From a virus, in IMG/VR virus record IMGVR_UViG_3300025108_000016: a stretch of DNA of 64,000 nucleotides; one strand, written 5' to 3'. Position numbers and translations under genes: made by a program. The first letter of the stretch is position 1; the number at the start of each line of letters is the position of its first letter. This document shows positions 46,998 through 55,429 of this stretch, piece by piece. The notes beneath the pieces were generated by a model that saw only the letters and a program-made list of their open reading frames with translations, did not search any database and was not told the DNA's origin.

Positions 46998-48546
46998 TGA
47001 AATTAATTCAATTACTATAGTTGGTGGCGGTAGTGCTGGATGGATGTCTGCCGCTACAATGATTAGGTTTTTCCCTAACAGAAAAATTACTATCATAGAA
47101 AGTCCAGACTACCCAATCGTAGGAGTTGGTGAAAGTACACTAGGACATATCAATCAGTGGTTAGCTCTGCTAGGAATTCGTGAAGATGATTTTATGAAGG
47201 AGTGTGATGCTTCTTATAAACTAAGTATTAAATTTACAGATTTTTATGCGAAGGGAGATGGTGGTTATCATTACCCATTTGGACCGCCAATGCTAGATGG
47301 AACTGACCTTGGGTTTAATGATTGGCAAGTATTAAAACATTTTTCTCCTGGTATTCCTGTACAAGATTTTGCTAGATGTTATAATCCTATAACCCTTTTA
47401 GCAGAGCAAAATAAAATTGATAAAAATGAGAGTGGTCACTTAGATAATTTTAATTTTGCAAAAGATGCTGCTTATCATTTTGATGCTGTTAAATTTGGGC
47501 AATGGTTGAAAAATAACTATTGCCTTCCTAGAGGTGTAGAACTTATTTCATCTTCTGTAAAGAATGCTATCGTAGGTGCAGATGGAGTAGAATCATTAAT
47601 TCTTGAAGATGGTACAGAGCATTCTGCTGACATGTATCTTGATTGCACAGGATTTAAAAGTATGCTCTTAGCAGGTGCTTTAAATGAGGAGTTTGTTTCT
47701 TATAGAGATGTTGTTCCCAACAACAGAGCATGGGCAACTAGATTACCTTATACAGATAAAGAAAAACAATTAGAACCATTTACTAATGGAACTGCTTTAT
47801 CATCTGGTTGGGTGTGGAATATTCCTTTGTGGAGTAGAATTGGTACAGGTTATGTGTATAGTGATGATCACATCACACCAGAAGATGCGTTAAAAGAATT
47901 TCAAGAACACATAGGAAGAGATGATCTTGAGTTTAGAGATATCAAAATGCGTATTGGAATCCATAAAAATGTATGGAGTAAAAATGTAGTTGGTATTGGT
48001 TTAGCAGGAGGTTTTATTGAACCTTTAGAAAGCAATGGATTATTTACTGTACATGAGTTTCTACTCAAACTAACAAAATCTATTTCTAAACCTTTTGTAA
48101 ACCAATTAGACAGAGACATTTTTAACATGTCTGTGCGTGATATATTTGATACATTTGCTACTTTTGTGGGTCTTCACTATAAACTTAGTTCTAGAAACGA
48201 TAGTCCTTATTGGAGAGATATTACAGAGAGATCTAATCTACGTGAAGAAATTTTAAGAATTCCTCAGATGCAAACAGATTTTAGACATCTAGCAGTAGCA
48301 AAAATGATTGATGATAAATTTTGTAATGGAGGGCAACCTTATATTGCTACAGGTATGCATTACCCAATTGCAGATGAATCAACAATTTGTGCATGGACAT
48401 ATCAAAATGATGTGGACTATAAAAAAGTAGCACAAGAAGCTGCGTTACGATTCTCCAGAAGAAAACAATGGTGGCAACATATTACAGATATTGCTCCGAC
48501 ATTGTATGAACACCTAGCAGATAAATATGGATATGAGGTTAATTAA
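46990..48546 (+). CDS. Flavin-dependent halogenase (tryptophan halogenase family)
   Basis: GGGSAG FAD motif, GVGEST, catalytic-Lys region ASYKLSIKF, DCTGF, WVWNIP, FIEPLESNG. Confidence 0.93.
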   Translation: MSNEINSITIVGGGSAGWMSAATMIRFFPNRKITIIESPDYPIVGVGESTLGHINQWLALLGIREDDFMKECDASYKLSIKFTDFYAKGDGGYHYPFGPPMLDGTDLGFNDWQVLKHFSPGIPVQDFARCYNPITLLAEQNKIDKNESGHLDNFNFAKDAAYHFDAVKFGQWLKNNYCLPRGVELISSSVKNAIVGADGVESLILEDGTEHSADMYLDCTGFKSMLLAGALNEEFVSYRDVVPNNRAWATRLPYTDKEKQLEPFTNGTALSSGWVWNIPLWSRIGTGYVYSDDHITPEDALKEFQEHIGRDDLEFRDIKMRIGIHKNVWSKNVVGIGLAGGFIEPLESNGLFTVHEFLLKLTKSISKPFVNQLDRDIFNMSVRDIFDTFATFVGLHYKLSSRNDSPYWRDITERSNLREEILRIPQMQTDFRHLAVAKMIDDKFCNGGQPYIATGMHYPIADESTICAWTYQNDVDYKKVAQEAALRFSRRKQWWQHITDIAPTLYEHLADKYGYEVN

Positions 48547-48548
48547 TT

Positions 48549-49145
48549 ATGGCATATGAAGCGATGTGGTATCAATCACATTTACCAGATGAGTTAATTG
48601 ATCCACTAGTATTAACTTTAGAAAGATCTGATAATTTTATTGACTCAGAAACTAAAGGTGGATTAGCATTAGCAGTTAGAGATAGTTCAAATCAATGGAT
48701 TCCTGATACCCATTGGATTGGTGGATTGTTGTGGCATTATGTTACTCTAGCAAACGATAGCAATTTTGGTTACGACATTAAAGAATTTGATCATAATTCA
48801 ATACAATATACTAGATACAAAACTGGTCAATATTATGGATGGCATAAAGACGATGGAGTAGGAAGTATAGTTTCTCCTGATCCTAAGCATCCAGTTGATT
48901 CTTTTATTGATAGAAATACTAAACAGATTAGAAAATTGTCTGTGGTTGTCCAGTTATCTTCACATGAAGATTATACTGGTGGAGAATTTCAAATGATGGA
49001 AGATCAAAACAGAACTTTTTTTGCACCAAAAACAAAAGGAACTATTATTATTTTTGATAGTAGACTTCCCCATAGAGCTAAAAAAGTATTGTCTGGCGAA
49101 AGACGATCTTTAGTTGCTTGGGTAACTGGACCTCAGTGGAGATGA
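48549..49145 (+). CDS. 2OG-Fe(II) oxygenase (PKHD/prolyl-hydroxylase-like)
   Basis: QYT.Y..GQYY.WHKD, RKLS...QLS...Y.GGEF, FDS...H, R.SLVAW..GP.WR; ATAAATA at 48521-48527 upstream. Confidence 0.9.
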   Translation: MAYEAMWYQSHLPDELIDPLVLTLERSDNFIDSETKGGLALAVRDSSNQWIPDTHWIGGLLWHYVTLANDSNFGYDIKEFDHNSIQYTRYKTGQYYGWHKDDGVGSIVSPDPKHPVDSFIDRNTKQIRKLSVVVQLSSHEDYTGGEFQMMEDQNRTFFAPKTKGTIIIFDSRLPHRAKKVLSGERRSLVAWVTGPQWR

Positions 49146-49726
49146 GTATGAATTGGAATGATTGGTCTGTTATTGTAGTAAAAAATATTATAAATCCTGT
49201 ATTTTTATTTGAACCTATTCCTTGGGAACGAGGACAATATACTTACGAGTCCAGAGGAAATGTTATCCATATCCCTGACGAAGGGCAAGTTAGTGGTAGT
49301 TTGTCTAGATATAATCACCCAAAATTTAGACAATTGCATTTTGATGTAAAATCTAAAATAGAAAATGTAATTAATGATCCTCTGTATCCAACATATTTTT
49401 ACGACAGATTTTATTTTAAAAAACAATTACTAGAAAAACATGTAGATAGACCTGCATGCGAGGTGAGCATCTCTATTAATTGCTCGCATAATTTAGATTA
49501 TGATTGGCCAATATGGTTTACAACTCCAGATGGAGATGATATCCCATTGATTACAAATCCTGGTGATGGGGTAATTTACAAAGGATGCGAACGACCTCAT
49601 TGGAGAGAACCAATGGAAGGAAATTCAAAATCATACTATCATCAAATGTTCATGCACTACGTGCGTAGAGATGGTCCTCATCTAGAACATGCACATGATA
49701 GATGTAATACTATAAATAGAGTATAG
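49142..49726 (+). CDS. 2OG-Fe(II) oxygenase-like protein
   Basis: PTYFYDRFY, KHVDRPACEVS, PGDGVIYKGC..PHWRE, FMHYV; ATGA-coupled start. Confidence 0.85.
   Translation: MSMNWNDWSVIVVKNIINPVFLFEPIPWERGQYTYESRGNVIHIPDEGQVSGSLSRYNHPKFRQLHFDVKSKIENVINDPLYPTYFYDRFYFKKQLLEKHVDRPACEVSISINCSHNLDYDWPIWFTTPDGDDIPLITNPGDGVIYKGCERPHWREPMEGNSKSYYHQMFMHYVRRDGPHLEHAHDRCNTINRV
49711..49718 (+). promoter_or_regulatory. Late promoter TATAAATA
   Basis: Exact consensus upstream of the second Gly-rich gene. Confidence 0.8.
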
Positions 49727-49745
49727 CAAAAAGTCTTGACAGAAC

Positions 49746-50960
49746 ATGTCCGAAATTAATGTTGGTGATTTAAACGTATCTACGGAATTTAACTTACCCC
49801 TTTATAATAGTTCTAACAGACCCGTGAATCCTGCCACAGGATTCATGATATTTAATAGTACCGAAAATAAATTACAGGTATGGACTGGATCTCAATGGAA
49901 GAGTTTTGGTCAACAGAATTATGATATTAGTGCAACTGGTAGCGTAGTTACTTCTGATTTAACTGGTGACTATAGTGGTTACAGAGTTTATAGATTCACT
50001 GGAGATGGAACTCTAACAGTCAACCAAAGTAATCAAGATGGTGGTGTAGAATTCCTACTAATCGCTGGAGGAGGCGGTGGTGGTGGCGTCATCGGTGGTG
50101 GTGGTGGTGCTGGTGGTGTAATTTACAGAAGAGAACTTTATCTAGCACCAGGTACTTATAATATTTCTATCGGTGGTGGTGGAGCAGGAGGAACTGGGTG
50201 GAATAGTTCACAGCAAGAAGGTCGCGCAGGAACTCCATCTACATTTACTGATAATGCTGGATTTAGTTATGAAGCAGTAGGTGGTGGTGGAGGTTGTGCT
50301 CATGGCGGAAGTTCTCCAAATAGAATTGCTGGTCAAGGTGGTTCTGGAGGTGGATCTGCTAGCGTCTCTAGAAGAGGTGGAAACGCAATTGGTAAAAACT
50401 TTGGACCTCAAGCAACAGATAAAGCACATAATATTAGGGATGTATACCTTAGTAATAACGAGGCCATGGCTGATGGTGACGCACTTGCTAGAGGTGCTCA
50501 AAGTTGGGAGGCAATTGAAACATCAACTAATGAATGCCAAGGAGTTCAAGGAAACGCTGGCGGCAATCGTGGTGATGGAGACACAGGAGCAGGTGGTGGT
50601 GGATTTGGTACTAATGGCGGCACTGGTGGAGCTCCCAGAGATACTGGGGGTGAAGGTGGTCACGGAGGATACTTTGATATCACTGGATCAATGGTTGGTT
50701 ATGCTGGCGGTGGTGGTGGCGGTGTCCGAGGCACAGGTCGCCGTCGTGGCACAAAAGCAGGTGACTATGGTGGGGGAGATGGTGGACGAGCAACAGGTGC
50801 TCCAGTCAATTTCGGTAGTCCCACACCTAATAGTGCTGAAGCTGGCGCAACTAATCGCGGTGGCGGTGGCGGTGGTGGCGGTTATAACGCCCCACGTAGC
50901 GGTGCTGTAGGTGCTCCAGGTGGATCTGGAGTTTGTATTATTCGATATAGGAAATCATAA
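49746..50960 (+). CDS. Glycine-rich putative fibre tip adhesin (paralogue of 44774-45832)
   Basis: Same N-terminal module and glycine-rich domain pattern, ending GGSGVCIIRY. Confidence 0.8.
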   Translation: MSEINVGDLNVSTEFNLPLYNSSNRPVNPATGFMIFNSTENKLQVWTGSQWKSFGQQNYDISATGSVVTSDLTGDYSGYRVYRFTGDGTLTVNQSNQDGGVEFLLIAGGGGGGGVIGGGGGAGGVIYRRELYLAPGTYNISIGGGGAGGTGWNSSQQEGRAGTPSTFTDNAGFSYEAVGGGGGCAHGGSSPNRIAGQGGSGGGSASVSRRGGNAIGKNFGPQATDKAHNIRDVYLSNNEAMADGDALARGAQSWEAIETSTNECQGVQGNAGGNRGDGDTGAGGGGFGTNGGTGGAPRDTGGEGGHGGYFDITGSMVGYAGGGGGGVRGTGRRRGTKAGDYGGGDGGRATGAPVNFGSPTPNSAEAGATNRGGGGGGGGYNAPRSGAVGAPGGSGVCIIRYRKS

Positions 50961-50961
50961 A

Positions 50962-51285
50962 ATGGCATTAGATTTAACGTACATGGCTTCATTATCTGAA
51001 GCACAAAGAGAAGTTTTTGTAACACTCATCAATGATATTGAAAGTGAGGAACCTTTTGGTCCTGGTGTAACTTCTGATTGGGTTGACGAGATGAGAGAAA
51101 ATCTCAGACTATCTGCACCACGTCAAGAAGATATTGACAAATGCGAAACTTTAAAAAAAATTGCTGCAAGCGATTTAACTTACTCTATCAATAGACTTGC
51201 TGATAGTCAGGGATTGCCTGTTATTAGTATTACAGGTAATTCTTTGGAATTGGATAAAATTTTCTGTTCTGAAAAAGAAAACTAA
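50962..51285 (+). CDS. Hypothetical acidic protein
   Basis: Probable start MALDLTY... 1 nt after the upstream stop. Confidence 0.65.
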   Translation: MALDLTYMASLSEAQREVFVTLINDIESEEPFGPGVTSDWVDEMRENLRLSAPRQEDIDKCETLKKIAASDLTYSINRLADSQGLPVISITGNSLELDKIFCSEKEN

Positions 51286-51316
51286 ATAATAAAGTACATC
51301 ATTTTATATTACTACA

Positions 51317-51502
51317 ATGGACACTGAACAACTGAGAAAGAATTTTGATGAGCAAATTGCTAGTACAGATAAGCAAATTTCTGAACTAGAAGCAAACCTT
51401 GCCAAAGCAAAAGAATACAAATTGAAACTAATTGGTGGTATTGAAACTCTAGATTTGCTCAACCCCAAAGAGGAAACTCCTTCCGAAGAAGAATCTGAGT
51501 AA
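51317..51502 (+). CDS. Small coiled-coil protein upstream of gp13
   Basis: L..NF.EQI......I..LE..L..AKEYKLKL.GG.ETL; CTAAATA at 51282-51288. Confidence 0.8.
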   Translation: MDTEQLRKNFDEQIASTDKQISELEANLAKAKEYKLKLIGGIETLDLLNPKEETPSEEESE

Positions 51503-51505
51503 CAC

Positions 51506-51541
51506 AAATCCCTGCTTCCTAAATAGAAGTAGGGATTTTTT
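51506..51541 (+). terminator. Intrinsic terminator whose loop is a late promoter
   Basis: AAATCCCTGCTTC-CTAAATA-GAAGTAGGGATTT followed by further Ts. Confidence 0.75.
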
Positions 51542-51553
51542 GTATCTAGGTGC

Positions 51554-52384
51554 ATGGCTACACCAACAACTAAAGCAGAACTAATTGCATATTGTGAACG
51601 CCAATTAGGTGCGCCTGTCCTGCAAATCAATATGGATGCCACCCAAAAGGATGACATCATAGATCAGGCGTTGCAATATTATCACGAATACCATTTTGAT
51701 GGTGTCGAAAGGATGTATCTAAAGCATCAGTTTACTGCTGCGGAGGTAACTCGTTTCACTGAGACTGATGCTGCGTCCTCATCACCTGATGGAACTGGAT
51801 GGGAGAACAGGAGTAACTACATTGAGGTTCCTGAACTTGTTATAGGTATTCAAAAAGTTTTTGGAGTCTCTTCAAATTTCTTGAGGAATAACCTTTTTGG
51901 TATGAGCAATCAATACTATTTGATGGACCTGTTCTCATTCTCTTCAGGTTCGGCATTTAGTTTTGGTAATTTTGATCTGACAAATTACTATATGATCAAG
52001 CAACACTTTGAGACCATTGATATGGTTATCAATACAGGTGCGTTTGTTGAATATAGATTTAATAAAAGACAAGATAGGTTGTACGTAGATATTGATAAAT
52101 CTAGAATTATAGAAGATCAATATTTACTTATTGATTGCTATAGATACCTGGATCCAGATGTACATACTCAAGTTTATAATGATAGTTTTGTAAAGAGATA
52201 TGCTACTGCTCTCATGAAGAGGCAGTGGGGTCAAAACTTGATTAAATATAACAACGTTTCACTTCCTGGTGGCATTAATCTTAATGGTCGCCAACTATGG
52301 GAAGACGGAAACAGAGAAGTTCGTGAGTTGGAATCTAGAATGATGACAGATTATTCACTACCACCAATGGATATGATCGGATAA
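51554..52384 (+). CDS. gp13: Neck protein gp13
   Basis: LI.YC.R.LGAPVL.IN, YHFDG, K.QWGQNLIKY....LPGG..LNG. Confidence 0.95.
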   Translation: MATPTTKAELIAYCERQLGAPVLQINMDATQKDDIIDQALQYYHEYHFDGVERMYLKHQFTAAEVTRFTETDAASSSPDGTGWENRSNYIEVPELVIGIQKVFGVSSNFLRNNLFGMSNQYYLMDLFSFSSGSAFSFGNFDLTNYYMIKQHFETIDMVINTGAFVEYRFNKRQDRLYVDIDKSRIIEDQYLLIDCYRYLDPDVHTQVYNDSFVKRYATALMKRQWGQNLIKYNNVSLPGGINLNGRQLWEDGNREVRELESRMMTDYSLPPMDMIG

Positions 52385-52385
52385 A

Positions 52386-53270
52386 ATGCCTACCAGTTCC
52401 TATTTTCCAAGTTACTACGGCGGTACTAGTGGCGAGCAAGGTCTCGTCCAGGATCTTGTGGACGAACAAATTAAATTGTTCGGCACGGATATCTATTACA
52501 TGCCTAGAACTATTCTTAGAGATAACACTCTAGATGATATTATCTACAACAAATATACAGAGCAGTTTCAAATTGAAATGATGCTGCAAAACGTAGAAGG
52601 TTTTGGATCTCCATCAGAATTTATTAGTAAATTTGGACTTCGTATTACAGACGAAGTTAGATTTTCTGTGTCACAAAGAAGATGGGATGAAGAAGTAACT
52701 GAACATAATCCAACACTAACTGTTGATGGAAGACCTAATGAAGGAGATCTCCTTTACTTCCCATTGACTAAAGATCTCTACGAAATTAAATTTGTAGAAA
52801 GAGAAGATCCTTTTTACCAGTTAGGTAAGGTTTACTACTATACAATGACTGCTGAAATTTATGAGTATGGTAGTGATGACATCTCCACTGGAGTTGCTGA
52901 GATTGACGTAATTGAAACACTACTAAGTAATGCAATTGCCCTTACTATGGCAGTAGGCGGTTCTGGTGATTTCACTATCGGTGAAACAATCACAGGATCA
53001 ACTACAAGTACAGAAGGAGAAGTGAAATCGTGGGATGACGCCACAAGGATTTTACAAGTCATCAACAGAACGGGGACATTTGCTACAGGCGAAGCTATGG
53101 TTGGAAATGATAGTGGTGCTGTTCATGTAGTAGGAACGTTTGATACTCTAAATAATACCAACAGCGAATATGATCAGAATAGAGTCATTGAGACCGCTGC
53201 TGATGACATAATTGATTGGACTGAGGGTAACCCTTTCGGTGAATCAGGTAACTTTACAGGTAGTATCTAA
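52386..53270 (+). CDS. gp14: Neck protein gp14
   Basis: EQ.LVQDLVDEQIK.FG.D.YY.PR, SKFGL...DE, RP.EGDL.YFP. Confidence 0.95.
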   Translation: MPTSSYFPSYYGGTSGEQGLVQDLVDEQIKLFGTDIYYMPRTILRDNTLDDIIYNKYTEQFQIEMMLQNVEGFGSPSEFISKFGLRITDEVRFSVSQRRWDEEVTEHNPTLTVDGRPNEGDLLYFPLTKDLYEIKFVEREDPFYQLGKVYYYTMTAEIYEYGSDDISTGVAEIDVIETLLSNAIALTMAVGGSGDFTIGETITGSTTSTEGEVKSWDDATRILQVINRTGTFATGEAMVGNDSGAVHVVGTFDTLNNTNSEYDQNRVIETAADDIIDWTEGNPFGESGNFTGSI

Positions 53271-54073
53271 TGTTTGGGTCACATTTTTACAACGAAATTA
53301 TTCGTAGAAATATTGTTGGGTTTGGAACACTATTCAACAACATCACATTAAAAAAAGTTGATCCTTCCGATGGTACTACTGTGCTTGAGGAAGAAAAAGT
53401 TCCACTTGCTTATGGACCTAAGCAGAAATTTTTGACACGTCTAGAACAGAATCCAGATGTTGATAGAAAAATTGCTATCACGCTACCACGTCTTTATTTT
53501 GAAATGACTGGTATTGATTATGATTCTCCTCGTAAAACATCTCCTATTCAAAAATATAGAACCATCATTCAAAGTGATGGCACAGAAGTAAAAGAACAAT
53601 ATGTTCCTGTTCCTTATAACATTGATTTTGAACTTGGTATCATTGCTAAGTCTCAGGATGATGGACTACAAATTCTTGAGCAAATTCTTCCCTACTTCCA
53701 ACCATCGTTTAATATCACTCTCAACATGATTCCAGACATGGATGAGAAAAGAGATGTTGCTATTACATTAAACAATGTCAGTTATGATGATGAATGGGAT
53801 GACAATTTTCTTGAGCGTAGATATATCACATGGTCTTTATCGTTTACTGCTAAGTCTTATATCTACGGACCATTCGATCAAGCAAGTGTTATTAAGAAAG
53901 CAATTGTATATGAAGGACTTGGAACTTCTGTACCAAATAGAACTACCAAAGTTACTTACACACCTAGAGCACTAGAAGATAAGAACAGCGATGGAAACAT
54001 TGATGCTCTGGATGATGCACTACTAACATCTTCAGATGACTTTGGATTTAATGAAGGCATTGAACTACTATGA
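53270..54073 (+). CDS. gp15: Tail sheath stabiliser/terminator gp15
   Basis: MFG.HFY.EIIR....FGTLFN, VPLAYGPKQKFL, QILEQILPYFQP. Confidence 0.95.
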   Translation: MFGSHFYNEIIRRNIVGFGTLFNNITLKKVDPSDGTTVLEEEKVPLAYGPKQKFLTRLEQNPDVDRKIAITLPRLYFEMTGIDYDSPRKTSPIQKYRTIIQSDGTEVKEQYVPVPYNIDFELGIIAKSQDDGLQILEQILPYFQPSFNITLNMIPDMDEKRDVAITLNNVSYDDEWDDNFLERRYITWSLSFTAKSYIYGPFDQASVIKKAIVYEGLGTSVPNRTTKVTYTPRALEDKNSDGNIDALDDALLTSSDDFGFNEGIELL

Positions 54074-54489
54074 GCAAACTTGAGGATAATATGGAAGATC
54101 TATTTGACATTGAAATTGAATCTACTGCTATCGAACCATCTAAACCAGTACCACCGACATCAGATAAAGACGACCAGACAAAAGATTATGAATATACCAG
54201 AGGGTCTTTATACTCACTCATAGACAAGGGTAGAGAGGCGCTAGACGGGGCGTTAGAGGTTGCTCAGGAGTCAGGGCACCCTAGAGCGTATGAAGTCGCT
54301 GTGAACGCCATGAAGCAGGTAGCAGACGCCACTGATAAACTCCTAGATCTACAGAAGAAGATGAAGGATCTCGAAGCACCTACAAAAAATTCTGTAAATA
54401 GTAAGACCACAAACAATTTATTTGTTGGTAGTACAGCAGACCTTCAAAAAATGCTTAAGCAAATAAATAAACAAGACGAGTCGGAATAA
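54070..54489 (+). CDS. gp16: Terminase small subunit gp16
   Basis: DYEYTRG.L, HPRAYEV, NNLFVGSTADLQK. Confidence 0.95.
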   Translation: MSKLEDNMEDLFDIEIESTAIEPSKPVPPTSDKDDQTKDYEYTRGSLYSLIDKGREALDGALEVAQESGHPRAYEVAVNAMKQVADATDKLLDLQKKMKDLEAPTKNSVNSKTTNNLFVGSTADLQKMLKQINKQDESE

Positions 54490-54491
54490 AT

Positions 54492-54770
54492 ATGAAGTCT
54501 TTTAAACAACTACGTATTGACATCACCGAAGCAGCAGCCTGGACCAAAAAGTCAGGAAAGAAAAAGTCTGGAGGACTCAACGAAAAAGGACGAAAGTCTT
54601 ATGAAAAAGAAAATCCAGGATCTGACCTCAAAGCACCAAGCAAAAAAGTTGGAAACCCCCGTAGGGCATCATTCTGTGCTCGAATGAAAGGCATGAGGAA
54701 GAGGCAGAAAAAATCTAATAACACAGGTGATGATCGCCTGTCAAAATCATTGAGAGCTTGGAATTGTTAA
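54492..54770 (+). CDS. Basic conserved protein (DUF6321-like)
   Basis: GGLNEKGRKSY..ENPGSDLKAP...RRASFCARMKGM...SLRAWNC. Confidence 0.8.
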   Translation: MKSFKQLRIDITEAAAWTKKSGKKKSGGLNEKGRKSYEKENPGSDLKAPSKKVGNPRRASFCARMKGMRKRQKKSNNTGDDRLSKSLRAWNC

Positions 54771-54772
54771 TC

Positions 54773-54886
54773 ATGACTGAGAAGAAACCTATCAAAAAAG
54801 ATTACGATGGACCATTGTATGCTCCGTGGTCTAAAGTAGTTGCTGGAAAGAAAGCATTTCAAGATAAGGACACAAATCGTAACTAA
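54773..54886 (+). CDS. Small hypothetical protein (37 aa; not in ORF track)
   Basis: MTEKKPIKKDYDGPLYAPWSKV...; starts 2 nt after the upstream stop. Confidence 0.55.
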   Translation: MTEKKPIKKDYDGPLYAPWSKVVAGKKAFQDKDTNRN

Positions 54887-54940
54887 CTGATACAATATTT
54901 TTCACTACATACACTATAATGTTTGTAGTGGAATATTATC

Positions 54941-55165
54941 ATGCTTGGCATATATGTAATTATCACTCTCATTGTCCTCATGGTAGCGTATGCTGGCATG
55001 GAAGAAACTATGCGCTTATTCGCTTATGTTGATCTTGTGATCAGATATCAGTGGATTAAATTCAGAATGTTTTTGATGAGACGTAAATTAGAACAACAAC
55101 TTATAAAGGATCTACCTGATTACAACAAACTCATAAAGGAATTAAAGAAAGATGACCAACGATAA
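54941..55165 (+). CDS. Small membrane-anchored protein
   Basis: N-terminal hydrophobic helix (LGIYVIITLIVLMVAYAG) and basic tail. Confidence 0.75.
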   Translation: MLGIYVIITLIVLMVAYAGMEETMRLFAYVDLVIRYQWIKFRMFLMRRKLEQQLIKDLPDYNKLIKELKKDDQR

Positions 55166-55409
55166 GGAACTGTCGGATCTCAAAATCGAGAGAAAAGAAT
55201 GTCCTAAATGTGGTGCTACTTGGATCAACGGTCAGCATCGTTGGAGTACAGGTGCTGTAGGTAATGAAGCAGATCTAGCAGGTCTTGTTTGTAACAAACT
55301 AGGAGATAATACTTGTATCAATCCTGTAAAAGGAATGGAAGGTGGTGATACTTGGGAAGATAGACTTTCTTTCCTAGACAAAATGGATAAAGAGAAGGAA
55401 GATAAATAG
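55152..55409 (+). CDS. Cys-containing hypothetical protein
   Basis: CPKC...W.NG...W.TG...DLAGLVCN...CINP. Confidence 0.8.
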   Translation: MTNDKELSDLKIERKECPKCGATWINGQHRWSTGAVGNEADLAGLVCNKLGDNTCINPVKGMEGGDTWEDRLSFLDKMDKEKEDK

Positions 55410-55429
55410 TAGTGGTGAACTAGTTTCTT

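Noticed and set aside
45090-50880. GGT/GGC runs as microsatellites or G-quadruplex elements
   Set aside because: They are fully explained by polyglycine coding with mixed synonymous codons.
44774-50960. Diversity-generating retroelement acting on the two paralogous tip genes
   Set aside because: There is no reverse transcriptase and no near-identical template/variable repeat pair differing at adenines.
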